This document shows positions 1 to 12,149 of a stretch of 64,000 bases of DNA, piece by piece. The translations under genes were made by a program, and so were the position numbers. Under the pieces are notes generated by a model. The model saw only the letters and a program-made list of their open reading frames with translations, made no database searches and had not been told where the DNA came from. How positions within the stretch are numbered: the stretch's first letter is position 1; each line of letters begins with the position of its first letter. Source of the DNA: Amphiscolops sp. MND2022 (Eukaryota); assembly GCA_964187785.1 (NCBI GenBank), contig OZ076412.1, positions 65,224,001-65,288,000 of the forward strand. The letters run 5' to 3'.

Positions 1-2296
1 CAAATGGTAGCCCTCATTGAAGTAGAAAGACTCGCTAATTGGTATTTTGCCGGGCAGGGGCTTGAAGAGCCGAGTAGGCTCATCCCCTGTCCAAACTGAA
101 CGTCTATATTTTTGAAATAAATACAATGCTCTTTTTTAAACAACATTCAATTAGATAAACTTTCCTTTACTAGAAAAAGAAGATACATGATTTTTAATGA
201 ATCAAGAATAACTTGCAGCTAAATAATTTTTGAACTATCAAATCAAATAAGTGTACTTTGGGAGATGAATCACAATCGTGAAGAAGTTTTATGAAGCTTG
301 CGTAATATGCTGAAAAAAATACGTGCCAACGTTCTTCATTCTCAAGCCATGAAAACTTTCAACTATTTTCGTGAACTGATGATCGCTGTCATAGTTCTTG
401 TGTCTTCAAGTGTTCCCATGTTTTAGCTACTAATCAAAGAGGAATCTCAGTGAAATATGCGTAGCAAGTATTTTTTTGCAAGTTTTGCTCATGATGGAAG
501 TGGAGTACATCAAAATTCAGTTTACAAATAAAACATGAAGAGTCGATTACCAAGAAATCAAATCGTTTTTGTTTTTGAAGCCCAACTGTTTTTGGAACTT
601 TCCAGAACGCTTTGGACATTTTCTTGGCAATAAAGTGTGTCTTCTGAATTATAAGCGCCATCTTTTTTGTATCATTTACCACCAGTGCTGTCCGGAATGC
701 AATCGACACCTGGATCTGTAACCGTAACGGGGTAGCAATCTATTGTAGGTTTTTTCAATGGGTAGCTATCACTTTCAAAGGAAGCCCACACCCTAACAGG
801 TGACCCAGTTAAGATTAATTGGAACTTGATCAAAGAATTCCCGTCTGTGAACTCGGATGAACAATCACGCTCGTCTCTAATATAATCTAAAACGAAGCAC
901 TGTTACCAAGCTTGGTTCTTCGGCGACAGGTCAAAATATCAGCGGACAAAGTCCCAGAGCTGTAGAACCAAAAAACCTCAGCGACGAATTAATAGGCCGA
1001 ATAAATGACGCTTCGCTCCTGCCTTTTGGGAACTAAAGGAAATGAGATGCGCTCGTATTTTAGCACTGTGGTATTTTGTCTTCTGATATTATGACCCGAC
1101 ATTCTTCATTCATCCCAAGTAGGTCTGCCAAAAAGTTATAAGAAATTCACCGTTATAAGGAAATATGTTTTGCAAACTACAGAATTTGTCATGTTCTTAT
1201 GCTTCTCAGTAATCAACACATATGATCCTCTAAAAAAACGCAAGATTTCATCCATGGTTTTCATTAGAATGAGAGTCTAATGAGAAAGAGAACAAAAAGT
1301 AGCAAAACAGCATCAGACAAGTTAGAGGAACGTTTTTTCATCCAGTTGGCAAAACGTAATAGTTCCGGAGAAAAAAGCTTATTAGCCATGTTCATTTTGA
1401 TGTTCTAATGTTTTCTGATTTAAAACTGTTGCAGTGCCACTGTGCTTGTCACAAAATTGTGTTTTAAAAGAAACGTTTTTGTAAACATGATTCAGAGAGT
1501 AAGTATTTGATTTTCTGAAGATTTTGGATAGGGAATATATCAGAATTGTCTTTGCGACATATTTTCATTTCAGTGATTGGTTGATTTTTCGATAGAGAAA
1601 AGTCACTTTTTTGAAATTTACTTACAATCGGTGGAAGGGTCGAACGGGCCCTGGATAGTCCTGAAACAAGAATTGGAAAGGGGAGTATTTTGAAGAAAAT
1701 GCCATCAATTTAGGTTTTTTACAGGAATATCAGGGGCTCAATTATTCAGTCCCAACCTAGGTGTGAAAAACCAAAGCTATGATTGGTTACAGCTTCAACT
1801 CAAGTTTTAACAAGCATTTCAATTTTACCACAGCCTTAGCAGATCCGCCCACCGGCAACTATTATTGAACTCATTGCAAGATATCATTTGATTGCTTGAA
1901 AAGTTCATGATTCTTCACTGCCTTCTCATAATACCTGTAGTTCACTTACACGAATTCCACATTGAATAAAGAGGGAAACGGATGTCATGGTTCAATGAAT
2001 GGTTTCAAATGGAATTCCGTTGATCATTTAGTGTGTTTGTAGATTCTGACAGTACGTAAACGACCATTTGTTTGAAGCCATTAACGAAAACGAATGGTTT
2101 TCATGCACTAAACGAATGAACATGCATCAATTAAGGTGTCTCAACTAGAAGTAACTCGAATTCTCGGAAGGATTTATGGCTCCAAATTGTAGAAAAGAAA
2201 TCTTTGCCAGGTATCGGAGTACAAATTTGCTCAACCGAATGCTTACAACAAGATCTAGGAATTTGAAATAGATCGAGAATTTTGAAATTTCGCAAG

Positions 2297-2374
2297 ATAG
2301 AATCTCAATAACGCTCCACGCTGTTTTAACGGGAGCTCCCGTTAAAACAGCATGGAGCGTTAGTGAGATTCTAT
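2297..2374. repeat. 78-bp near-perfect palindrome centred on GAGCTC
   Basis: Left arm atagaatctcaataacgctccacgctgttttaacgggag is the reverse complement of the right arm with 2 mismatches; no loop. Confidence 0.9.
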
Positions 2375-2408
2375 TGCCTGGAGCGTTAGTGAGTGGAGCG
2401 TTAGTGAG
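2353..2408 (+). repeat. Three copies of 15-mer tggagcgttagtgag
   Basis: Copies at 2353-2367, 2379-2393 and 2394-2408. Confidence 0.9.
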
Positions 2409-2688
2409 ATTCTTCTAGAAGACTAACATTTTGCCGACCAGAGTAACTTTTTCATAATAGTTTTGCACCACCGAAACACCTTTGCTAGAGTAACCACACA
2501 TTGCCGAATCTGCCATTTGCAAATACGAATACTTCGTCTCACGTCTCTCGCACATTGGTTGGACCGACATCTTGGCGCGTGATTTAGTCGGCGTGGTTTT
2601 AAAAAAGTTTTTTTATTCTCCAGCCGTCATTGTAATGGCCATGTTTATTGGCCATCAGTTTAATTAAGGGAAGAATGTGACAAAAAAG

Positions 2689-2770
2689 GTCGTGATTGCC
2701 CAGTGGTTAGAGCCGACGATGACGCTTAGTGCTTAGTTGGGAAGCCAATGACACGGGTTTGGAACCCGCT
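2689..2770 (+). mobile_element. tRNA-derived SINE head (degenerate A and B boxes)
   Basis: gtcgtgattgcccagtggttagagc is A-box-like and gggtttggaaccc is B-box-like; no foldable cloverleaf; homologous to 11500-11529. Confidence 0.6.
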
Positions 2771-3672
2771 TTTGGTCATTTGGTATTTTCCGTCCATATT
2801 CATATGGGATGGAAAATATTTAAACGAGCTGCGTTTTTTTTTCAAAATTTGCTATATTCAAAATTCATATCCTAGTTGAAAGGTTTCACCGATATAATTC
2901 AACTGATGTAAATTTAGTTTCATGCAATATGTATTTTCAGAGAGTTTTGGACTTTTTTGTTGACCCCAGATGACCCCAGATAGAACCAAAATGACTCCAA
3001 AATAGACAAAAATTCCGGAAAACTTAACAAATTTTGACAGATTTTGTGGTTCGGAATGTTAATAACGTTCAACAACGAATAAATTCGTTGTCTAATAGGC
3101 AATTTCAGAGAAATAAAAGCAGTTTGGTATCAGAAAATTGCCACAAAATGACCCCAAAGTAGTGAAAAACACCACAAGTTTTGCAATTTTAAACAAACAA
3201 TTTTAACTAAATAACGTAATTATAAAATTGAAACCGTTCAACAACAATTGAATCCTTCGACCAGTAGGTTAATGAAAAAATTGTATGTTTTTGATAGAAA
3301 CATGCCCTAGACTGAAACAAATAAACGAAATTTTTTAACGAAAATATGCCCTCGTTTGAACAAAACTTCAAACTTTTCCCGTTTATGCGGTTTCTTAGTT
3401 TCTTATACAGTTTGTGTACAATTTTGATGAAGGTGTTTGTGAGTTCGATGATGGTTCCAAACCTGTTCAAAACCTTGAAAGACGGAAAAAGTGTAAAATT
3501 CCAATGGTTTTCTGAATTTCGAGTTTTGTTTAGGAAAATTGTAAAACTTACGTTCGTTAAGGTTCGGTTGTTAGACGAATGAAAACTTTCAGCATCAAGC
3601 AAACGAATCATCTAGCCGAATTCTGGAAAGCTAACTGCAGTTTCACGTTTGAAAAGAGACTCATAATGACCC

Positions 3673-3815
3673 TGTTGGAAAAGATGTCTATCAAGGCGGG
3701 ATATCTTCAATCTTTTCTTTATCAGTATTATGCAACCCAATGAATTAACATTTCAAAGACAATTAAGAATGTTTTCAGTTAGTTCAAATAGTAGTTTGAT
3801 GAGTCATTTATAACA
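3673..3815 (-). repeat. BEL-1 3' LTR (143 bp)
   Basis: tgttggaaaagatgtc...catttataaca; about 89% identical by eye to 9649-9790; adjacent C10 run is the PPT on the minus strand. Confidence 0.9.
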
Positions 3816-3907
3816 GGCTCTACCCCCCCCCCAAGCTGCAAGAAGGAGAGAGAGGCAAGGCGATTATGTGATGAAAAAACGATTGAGCAATTCGTTCCAG
3901 CGAAATG

Positions 3908-5110
3908 TTACGTGGCAAAAACCGGGGAAAGCGAGACGGCTGGGCGATCGAAAGTTCCGTATGCTGTTTTAACTGTGCACACACAGGTAACTCCATGTTT
4001 TCCAGGGTGGGTGGCTGTTGTTTTTCCCAGTGGCCAAATGCCTCGAGGAGTGGAATCTTGCAGTAGCCAAACAATATCATTGACTTTTAGAGAAGGCGTT
4101 GCTTTGTTCCAATTCTGTCGTCGATTCAAAGTTGGCAGGTATTTTTTCGAAAATCGTTTTCAAAAAGGGTTGGAAACTTTATGGATTTTTTTCCAGGAAT
4201 TGAAACAGAGTGGTTTATCTGTCTCTTCGAGAACAATTTTTGGCACATTGGCGAATTGGCGGTGTAGAAGGAAGTGGTTTGGGGGTTGGAGGTCCTTCGT
4301 TTTCTGGCTGGTCGTTGACATGGGTCAGTGGTCGCGAGTTTAACATTAGCTCGGATTCTGCTGAAATTGTCGTGAATAATTCAAGCGTCAGTTTTTGGGA
4401 TCCAAGGATAATCAGAAGTGATCGTTTTGCAGTTTGAATCATCCTTTCCCAGGGACCATCAAAATGGGCCAATGAAGGGTCAAAATTCAATGGATTTCGT
4501 CGGTGTGAACAATTTACTTCTGAACTGTGGAGATCCCATCGTTGAGACAGGCTTACAATTCACGGTGAGCTCTGACAAAGTTTTTTTCGTTATCGGACCA
4601 CAACCAACGCGGCTGTCCTTGTCTGGCAATGAAGCGGCGGAATGCATTCAAAAAACTGTCATGCTGGAACAGGATTCGAGATGGCAGGCGCGGGTTACAA
4701 GTCAGTTGAAAATGATGCCGTAGTGCTTCTCAGTTTTACGGCCGTTAACAATAAAGAACCGACCGAAGAGGTCAACGCCTGTTTTTGCGAAAGGAAACGG
4801 TGATTCGGGGTTGTGGAAGCGTAATTGTGGTAACGGAACCATCTCTGGCTGGACCTTTACAGCACGGAAACGGCGGCAGATAAAACAGCGATAATTAATT
4901 GATCGTAACGCGGCTCGGATACGAAGAACTTTGAATCGTTGTTGAACAAAAGCTTTAACGAATTCAGGTCAGTCATGACAGCAGATTTCATGAGCGTGCT
5001 TCAGGTACAGTTTTGTTATGAGCTCCTTCGAGTTGAGCAGTGAAGGCGTATCAATTGCTTGAGCAAGCGATGCGTATACGAGCCATGAGAGTGCAAGAGT
5101 GAATCTTGGT
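3908..5110 (-). pseudogene. Bel/Pao integrase and C-terminal DUF5641-like domain
   Basis: HFDGPWERMIQTAKRSL..LNSRPLT and LKVNDIVWLLQDSTPRGIWPLG..RPAVSLSPV; frameshifted. Confidence 0.9.
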
Positions 5111-5189
5111 CAATACACGGTCGGAAAGGTATGAGTTTGTCGCGCGAGGTTGGGTTCAGGTTCCGACGCAGTTGATGAAAAGTAGAAAC

Positions 5190-5192
<3 letters not shown>

Positions 5193-5220
<28 letters not shown>
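5193..5220. repeat. (AG)14 microsatellite
   Basis: Direct count. Confidence 0.95.
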
Positions 5221-5224
<4 letters not shown>

Positions 5225-5455
5225 AGATTGTTTGATAAGCACATGATGGGCCTTGCGAAAGTTATCAGAGACCGATGATGTCGGTGAAGTCCGCGAGCGA
5301 AGGCGACGGACGAAAAGGAAAACGTTGGCGGCAACTTTTAGTAGGTTGCTCCAGGTGGAGAATTGTTGAGTGTCAAAAAGGACTGCCTTTTGATTAATAA
5401 TGATAGCTGTATAGGTTGTTTGCGGTCGCTTGGGCCATTTTTCGGCTAATTTTTT

Positions 5456-6900
5456 TTAGGGAGGATGGACCTTCAATTCGTTTGGAGGAGATTTCTTTGG
5501 GTTTGAGACCACGGGTGCAGTGATCTGCAGGGGGTTTTGTTTGGTTGGGACGTAGTTCCATTCGAGCAGGTCAGAATGTTGAGTAATTTTATTTACTCTG
5601 TTGGCGACAAGACTCTTGAGTTTAATCTGTCGCTGTATCCAGTCCAAAATGACACAACTGTCGGTCCAAAATTTCACAGCTGTGAAAGTACAAGTGAAAG
5701 CTTTACGGACGGTTTGGAGCAGACGTACTCCAAGAACGGCGGCTTCAACTTGAAGTTTCGGAATGCTTTTTTGTTTCATCGGCGAGACACGACTCTTTCC
5801 GATTATCCAAAAAGAAAGGTTGTTCAGCTGAGGTTTGCGACGAAGCTGCTTGACGGGCATAAATGACAGCGGCGAAAGCGGTATTAGATACGTTAAGGAA
5901 GACGTGGAGTTCAACGGTGTTAGCTGATCAGAAAGCACGGCGTGGTACGGAGACGGTCGACATTGCGCGGTAACAACCAGTGAGTTTATTTACGGAGGAT
6001 TGAATGTGATCCGGAATGGCCTGGTCCCAAGTTTGATAAAGTTTCCACAGAGATTGAAGGATTATCTTGAATTGGATTACTAACGGTGAAAGTCAGCCAA
6101 TGGGGTCGAATATCGATGAAACCAGGCTGAAAAGTTGCGTGAGCGTGGTCGGATTATCAACGGATCTAGGTGGCAGCGCGGTGTAAGAGTCATTGCGGAG
6201 ACACCACGTCTGACCGAAACCTTGGTTTCGGGTGTGGGTTTCTCACGGTCTTCGGCGGGACGGACGACAGGGCATCACAGGGCGTTGTCAGTCAGTCGGC
6301 GGGCGGCGGCGGTCGTTGAGAAGGATTGGATAAAATCATCCATGTAAACATTGTCAAGCCCGGAGTGCAATACGCCTGCAAATTGAGTAGCGAGATTTTG
6401 AACGCAACAACGGAGTACAAATATGCCGCAAAACGGGGAGGAGTTCGCACCACAGATGAGTCGGATGTACTGGTATTGGAGAACAATGTTATCGCACATC
6501 AAAGGAAGCGGAAAGCTGATCGGTCTTCGGGGCGGATTGCAATTTGCATGAACATTTCTTTGATGTCGGCTAGGACACGGACGGCATTTTCACGGAAACG
6601 AAGGACGATTTCTACCTGGTTGGTAAGAAGATCATGTCATGTGAGGAGGTTTGAGTTCAAGGAGTCATTCTTATACTTCGAGGCAGCATTTGCAACGCGA
6701 CGGACTTTGCCCGGTTTGTTCGGGTCTCCTACGGGATGAGTGGGTAAGTACCAAATTTGTTCAGGTGGCGGATTCTACATGATAACGAGCTTGACGTACT
6801 GTTTCTCAAGATCTGTGGTCAGAGTTTCGTTGAAATTTTTCTTCAGTTCATGATTGCGAGTTAAACGTTTTTCGAGGGTGCGGACACGGTTGAGGGCGGC
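5456..6900 (-). pseudogene. Bel/Pao reverse transcriptase and RNase H
   Basis: GANSSPF and NVYMDDFIQS (YMDD at 6335-6346); KSRVSPMKQKSIPKLQ and FWTDS. Confidence 0.9.
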
Positions 6901-7590
6901 GAGGAATTGGAGGTTAATGAACGTTGGGACAAGTTGTTTCAAGAATGTGAAGAAGGAAACGAGTGTATGAGAGTTCTGTGAAGAGATGTAGGCCCAGTTT
7001 TTAAGGCGGTGTATGTATGCAGTGACCATGTGTTGCGGAAATCCAAAACGAGATTCTAGTTCAACCAACCCAACGTTGTAAAAGGCAGGGTTACAAGAAT
7101 AACATCGAATAAGGTCTTTTGCGTTGCGACTGACTGAATTCTGGAGGTAGGTAATTCGATGTGTTTGGGATATTGAAGTGTTTTTGTGGCCAGACGCCTA
7201 CTGCGGCTGTGGATTGGTGCGCCAGTATAATGTGGGTTTGTCAGGATATGACCCGGGTTGAGCGGTAGCATTTATGTTTGAGTTGGGTTGATCGGGAAAA
7301 GCATAGTAGCTGGCGTACATGGAGACGGAGTAGTTGGGTGGTTAGCATTAACGGGGTGGAGAGAAGCTTGAGCAATCTGTGTCGGATGGAAAACAGATTC
7401 AGCTAGACTCTGTGGTGTGGGAAACTACTGGACGAATGGCGCTGAAATGAAAGGTTGTGATGAGATTAGGTTTGATTGCTTCAGAGGAAAGCGTTGATTG
7501 GCGTCCGGGACTTGATAAAGACAGTGGTTCTGCAGTGTCGACGTTGCTGGCACGGTAGGGTTTTTGGCAAACACTAAGGAATTTGAAGGA

Positions 7591-9631
7591 ATTCGTCCTG
7601 CAGTTTCCCACACCACAGAGTCTAGAAGAATCTGTTTTCCATCCGACACAGATTGCTCAAGCTTCTTTCCACCCCGTTAATGCTAACCGCCCAACCTTTC
7701 CGTCTATATATACGCCAGCTACTACTTCGCTTGCTTATCATGATCAACCGAACTCAAACATATATACTACCGCACAACCAGTATCACTTCCTGAAATGCC
7801 CCACATCATACTGGCGCACTAGTCCCCACCCGCAGTATGCAAATATTGGCTGCATCAAACTACCGTCAATCCAAATACCTAAGTCCGATGGTCATCAACT
7901 AGCTTTCCACGATCTGCTTAATCAATTCAAGGCCTCTGTCCACGAAAACACTTCAATATCCCAAACACATCGAATTACCTACCTCCAGAATTCAGTCAGT
8001 GGCAAAGAAAAAGACCTGATTCGAAGTTATTCTTGTAACACTGCCTTTTTACATGGTTGCCTTGGTTGAACTAGAATCTCGCTTTAGATCTCGCAATACA
8101 TGGTCACTGCATACATACACCGCCTTGAAAACTGGGCTCACGTCACTTCTCAGAACCCTCATACGCTTGTTTTTTTCTCCTTATTCCTGAAACACCTCGT
8201 CCAAACATTCACGAACCTCCAATTCACCGCCGACCTTCAATCGTCAACAGTACTCACAAATGCTAAGGAGAAACTTTCTCACAATCTCCTTCTCAAATGA
8301 ACAGAACACACTGTCAAGAACAGCATCCACGCACCAACTTCGCTCCAGTTTCGGCAATGGCTGGAGATTCAAGTCCAAGTTCTTCAAACTGTTGTTCCGA
8401 ACTTTACTCATCCAAACAAACCATCTGTCCCAAACTTGCAATCATAGTCTCCCTCGCGAAATACTCAAAAAAACAAAACGACTGTCCTTTCTGTCAACAG
8501 CACCTCACGGTCATTCGCTGTCCGCATTATCTCGAATCTTTCATCCAAGACCGAATACAGCTTGTTTGCATCTCTAGAAAAAAGACTGCCTCTCGTCCAA
8601 CCGCTGTCAAACCCAACTGCGGTGCTCAGCATTACACGTCCCTCCACGTTTCTGATTCCAGAAACAGTCGACCCAGATTAAAAAAGACATATCCAGACAA
8701 ACAACAAGATCCGACATCCACGCAAACTGCAGAAAACCGCCTCAACACCACAGCAATTCACCTAAAAAGCTCTGACAACAACTCTTGCCAACCTCCGTTC
8801 AACCCTTCACAGTTCAATGCTACTGTAAGTGTTGACCCAGAGATTAACCAGTTTCCGAAAACACTTCTTGCCCTACTCCAAGTCATTCCTGTGTCTCCAC
8901 TCAATGGAGACAACGTTTTTGACACTTATGCCTTGATCGACCCTGGAAGCACTGGTACATACGTTCTTGATAGCATCAGCCGCTCTCTGAATTTAGAAAC
9001 TGGTCATCAAGTTGATTTAGATGTTCAGTTTTGAACTTGTTTTGTTCCTTCTCAGTCTGTCTCACCGCATTCAAAATCGCCCCTTACGCCGACAATGAAA
9101 CACAATTCGAAGTCAAAAACGCTTACACAACATCTTGCTTCAACATTCCACCGGCAAATGTCTCCGATTTGGATGGCATTTACCAAACAAACTCGATGCT
9201 CCGCCATATCAATTTCCCCAACATTGACAAGCGACGCAACTGTGTTCTCCTTGGAACGTCGTGTCGTGTGTACAGTTTACACACGCTTTGGAATGGATCC
9301 GAGGATCCCCCAACCGGCCCGCTGGCCTCCGTACTGACTGAAACTCGGCTGGACTATCGCCGACGAGTTCATGCATCGTAAACGAGCGAAATCGTTCGTT
9401 CGAAAAAACTTCGTTCCCTTCGCCGCAACCCAGCTCCACCGAAACGATAGCGATCAGTTTTCTCCCGACCTTTTTGAACGATTTTGGTCAATTAAAAAAA
9501 CAACCGACGAACCCGGCGAAATTTTCGCCCTCCAAATACTTGAAAAAACGTGTCGTCACAACGGCGAACGTTGTTAGGAAAATGGCCTTCCGTGGAAAAC
9601 TGACGTTGACCTACCAAACAATTACTATGCC
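7591..9631 (+). pseudogene. Inverted BEL-1 gag (DUF1759-like), aspartic protease and pre-RT linker
   Basis: IKLPSIQIPK.DG..ITYLQNSVSG, DTYALIDPGSTGTYV, ERFWSI and GLPWKTDVDLPNNYY, all on the strand opposite to the rest of pol. Confidence 0.9.
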
Positions 9632-9648
9632 CACCCAGGTGCGCCATT

Positions 9649-9790
9649 TGTTATAAAAGATGTCTATCAAGGTGGGATATCTTCAATTTTTCTAATCGGT
9701 ATTATGCAACCCAGTGAATCATACATTTAGGAGTCAATTAAGAATGTTTACAGTTAGTTCAAATAGTAGTTTGATGAGTCATTTTTGACA
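9649..9790 (-). repeat. BEL-1 5' LTR (142 bp)
   Basis: tgttataaaagatgtc...catttttgaca; followed on the minus strand by aatggcgcacctgggtggg (PBS-like). Confidence 0.9.
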
Positions 9791-10551
9791 GTCCCCAATG
9801 TATTCGATGACCACCAAAACGTTCAAAGTTTCGACACTTTAGTAACTTGTAACTTTTCAGTACAAATCATAGAATTATTTTAAATGAAAATTTTCAAGAA
9901 GTTCTTGACGATATAATTATATAAGCAGTACGTTTTAAAAAAGAAATTTGCAGTTTTGTATGAGGAAAAGTACCTCAGAAACACCCAAAGTAGTCGAAAA
10001 ATTTAAAAAAAGTTATTGACAATTTTATTCATTTTTTGTAAACTTTTCGAGCGATTTGGTGAGTTAGAATGGTGTGGGTATTTAACAACGACTGATCTCG
10101 GTATCCAGTAGACGTTTTTTGAAAAGACATCTGCAGTTTCTCGGAAAAAAGCCTCAAAATTACAACAGAGTTGTCAAAAAATCACAATTTTCTATTTATT
10201 GACATTTTAGTGAACATTTTTGCAGTTAAGTTTTGATTAAATTGATGGATTTGAGACGTCGAAAAACCCCTAGTTATGCATCAAAGGTTTTCACAAAAAA
10301 ATACCACGGAGTTACGCAAATGTTTTGCAATTTTTCGTTTCTTGTTTTCAAGTTTTGTTACTGTAATTAAAGTGTTTAATGTTTTTCCAGTACGCTTTTA
10401 TAGGAGATACCTACCATTTGTTTTGAGAAAAAGTCTAAAGAGTCCAAAACTTCAAATTTTAGAGTTCTGAATTTATAGTGCATTTTTCGTAAAAGTTTCG
10501 AAACATTTCCTTAGTTAAAAAAGTTAACCTGTTCGAAGACGAAAGAACTAA

Positions 10552-10897
10552 TTATCCAGTAGGCTTTGTTGAAGAGATAATTGAAGATATCCCTTCATAT
10601 CCTTTTTTGGATCCTTTCGCAAATTGTAAGAGTACTAAAAATTTATAGTCTTTCACGAGCAGAGTATCATAATTCTTAAAAAAATCACTTTGGTTCGTTG
10701 GTTTTGGGTTAGTTTTATCATCCAGTTCCAACCCCATACGACTGAGAATGAAGGTGTCATATTTACCAGGTTCCAAAAAAAAGAATTCAATCGGACTTAC
10801 GTGAAAGTATGACAACTAACAACACTGCCCCAGATTGCCGCGGTCAATGAAGTAAGTGATCCATCGGTGAAAGTCATTTCCCCTGGTTCGGGTTGAT
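10552..10897 (-). CDS. Two candidate exons of an unknown gene (10897-10801 and 10741-10552)
   Basis: tttttcag acceptor; 59-bp GTAAGT..ttctcAG intron at 10742-10800; the join is in frame (..IWGSVVSCHTFT|RMGLELDDK..KPTG*). Confidence 0.4.
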
Positions 10898-11318
10898 CTG
10901 AAAAAGACGTCGACAATGTCGCTTTTTTTCTGTACTCTTTTTGCTGCACTCTTAGAGGACACTCTCAGGGGTTTTCGACACTGCGACTTACTTAAGATTT
11001 TTCAGCTTTCAGGTTTCAAAAATTTTCTATGACTGAATAGCGTTTTCGAGTCGTAGGGTGACCTAGTGGTTATCGCTTGGTAGTGTGGGACTGATTTCTT
11101 GCCAATAAGTGTTCCTAAGTATATGGAAAAAAGCTGCGATTTTTTTTCGATTCGGTACGACTTCGTACTATTATTTTTTCCCTTTCAATAGATGTTCGCT
11201 ACTTTGTTTTTTGATTCTTTTTTCTATTCGAGCCTGAAGTGTCACACATTTAGGATGTTTCCAGCAATTTGCGACTTTTTGGAATAATTTGTTCCAAAAA
11301 ATGACAAATTCGTTTTTT

Positions 11319-11854
11319 TAGTCGGCGCTTTTCGAAGAAAAACGCAGACTATAGTAGTGACTTCTTTTTTTTTAAGACCAACGAACTGACAGATTTTATA
11401 AATTTTATAAGTTGGTACTAAAACGACACTAACACTAAACTGTGTCACGCTACTTCACTGCCACCTGTCCACTACGGCTTTTTCGAGGTCTGACAAGCAG
11501 AATGACATGGGTTCGAGTCCCGCCATGACAAAAATTTTTTTGAGCAAATTTTTTTCGGCTTTGTGAGACTTTTTTCGCAAATATCTCCAAAGGGTCCACC
11601 CTTCATTTTTTTTGTCTATTTTGCAAAAAAAATGGATGTTAAAAAACTTGCAAAGGGCCCCATTTTACATGTTTCGGCACTATGCGACTTACGGGAGACC
11701 AAAATTTTTTTTAAAATTTCAAAAAAAAATCGGAATTTTTTTTTCAATTTTTCCTCAAACGGGTACTGTAGAAGAGAATACTTGACACTTTGAAGTCCTT
11801 TTGTTATTTTTGAGCCTTAGATATGGCGCCGACTTGGGCCGTTCCCGGCTTGTT
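11319..11854 (+). mobile_element. Helentron-type non-autonomous element (HINE/DINE-1-like), copy 1, containing a tRNA B-box
   Basis: 5' tagtcggcgc and 3' subterminal gcgccgact inverted repeat; hairpin gccg-ttcc-cggc; T-rich ends; ggttcgagtcc at 11510-11520. Confidence 0.7.
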
Positions 11855-12149
11855 TATATTTTCAGTCAACAAAAGTCTGTTTTTAACCATGAAGGCCCCC
11901 CTTGAGAGTATTTTGTCCTGTTACATTTTTTGAGAGAATTTTTCGCCAAATGGTTAACCCAGAGTGGGAGTTCGCAACAAACCCGTGTCAAGCTTCTGTA
12001 ACTTTTTAAGCTTAAATAGGATAATACGAAATATTTGATTTCATTGAGTAGCTTTATAAGCAAAATATGTATTTAGAAGCACCCAAATAGGACGTTAAAT
12101 GAGCAAAGAGATGTGATTTTTGTTATACGTTTATTTATTTGTCGAGGAG

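Larger units (their letters stand above)
3673..9790 (-). mobile_element. Bel/Pao LTR retrotransposon (BEL-1), degenerate, with internal inversion
   Basis: Paired TG..CA LTRs, near-TSD gaccc/gtccc, G-rich PPT, PBS-like TGGCGC, and Bel/Pao RT, RNase H and integrase remnants. Confidence 0.92.

Noticed and set aside
434-709. 91-aa minus-strand ORF
   Set aside because: No recognisable motif or convincing splice context.
2353-2408. CRISPR-like repeats
   Set aside because: Repeats are adjacent or nearly so, with no unique spacers, and the context is eukaryotic.
3000-3670. Coding potential of ORFs 3207-3611 and 3346-3582
   Set aside because: Degenerate AT-rich repeat related to 9800-10500; no protein-like signal.
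3912-4343. 143-aa plus-strand ORF
   Set aside because: Antisense shadow of the Bel integrase.
11050-11529. Functional tRNA gene
   Set aside because: The A-box (11050-11076) and B-box (11510-11520) are about 430 bp apart with no cloverleaf; these are SINE-type remnants.
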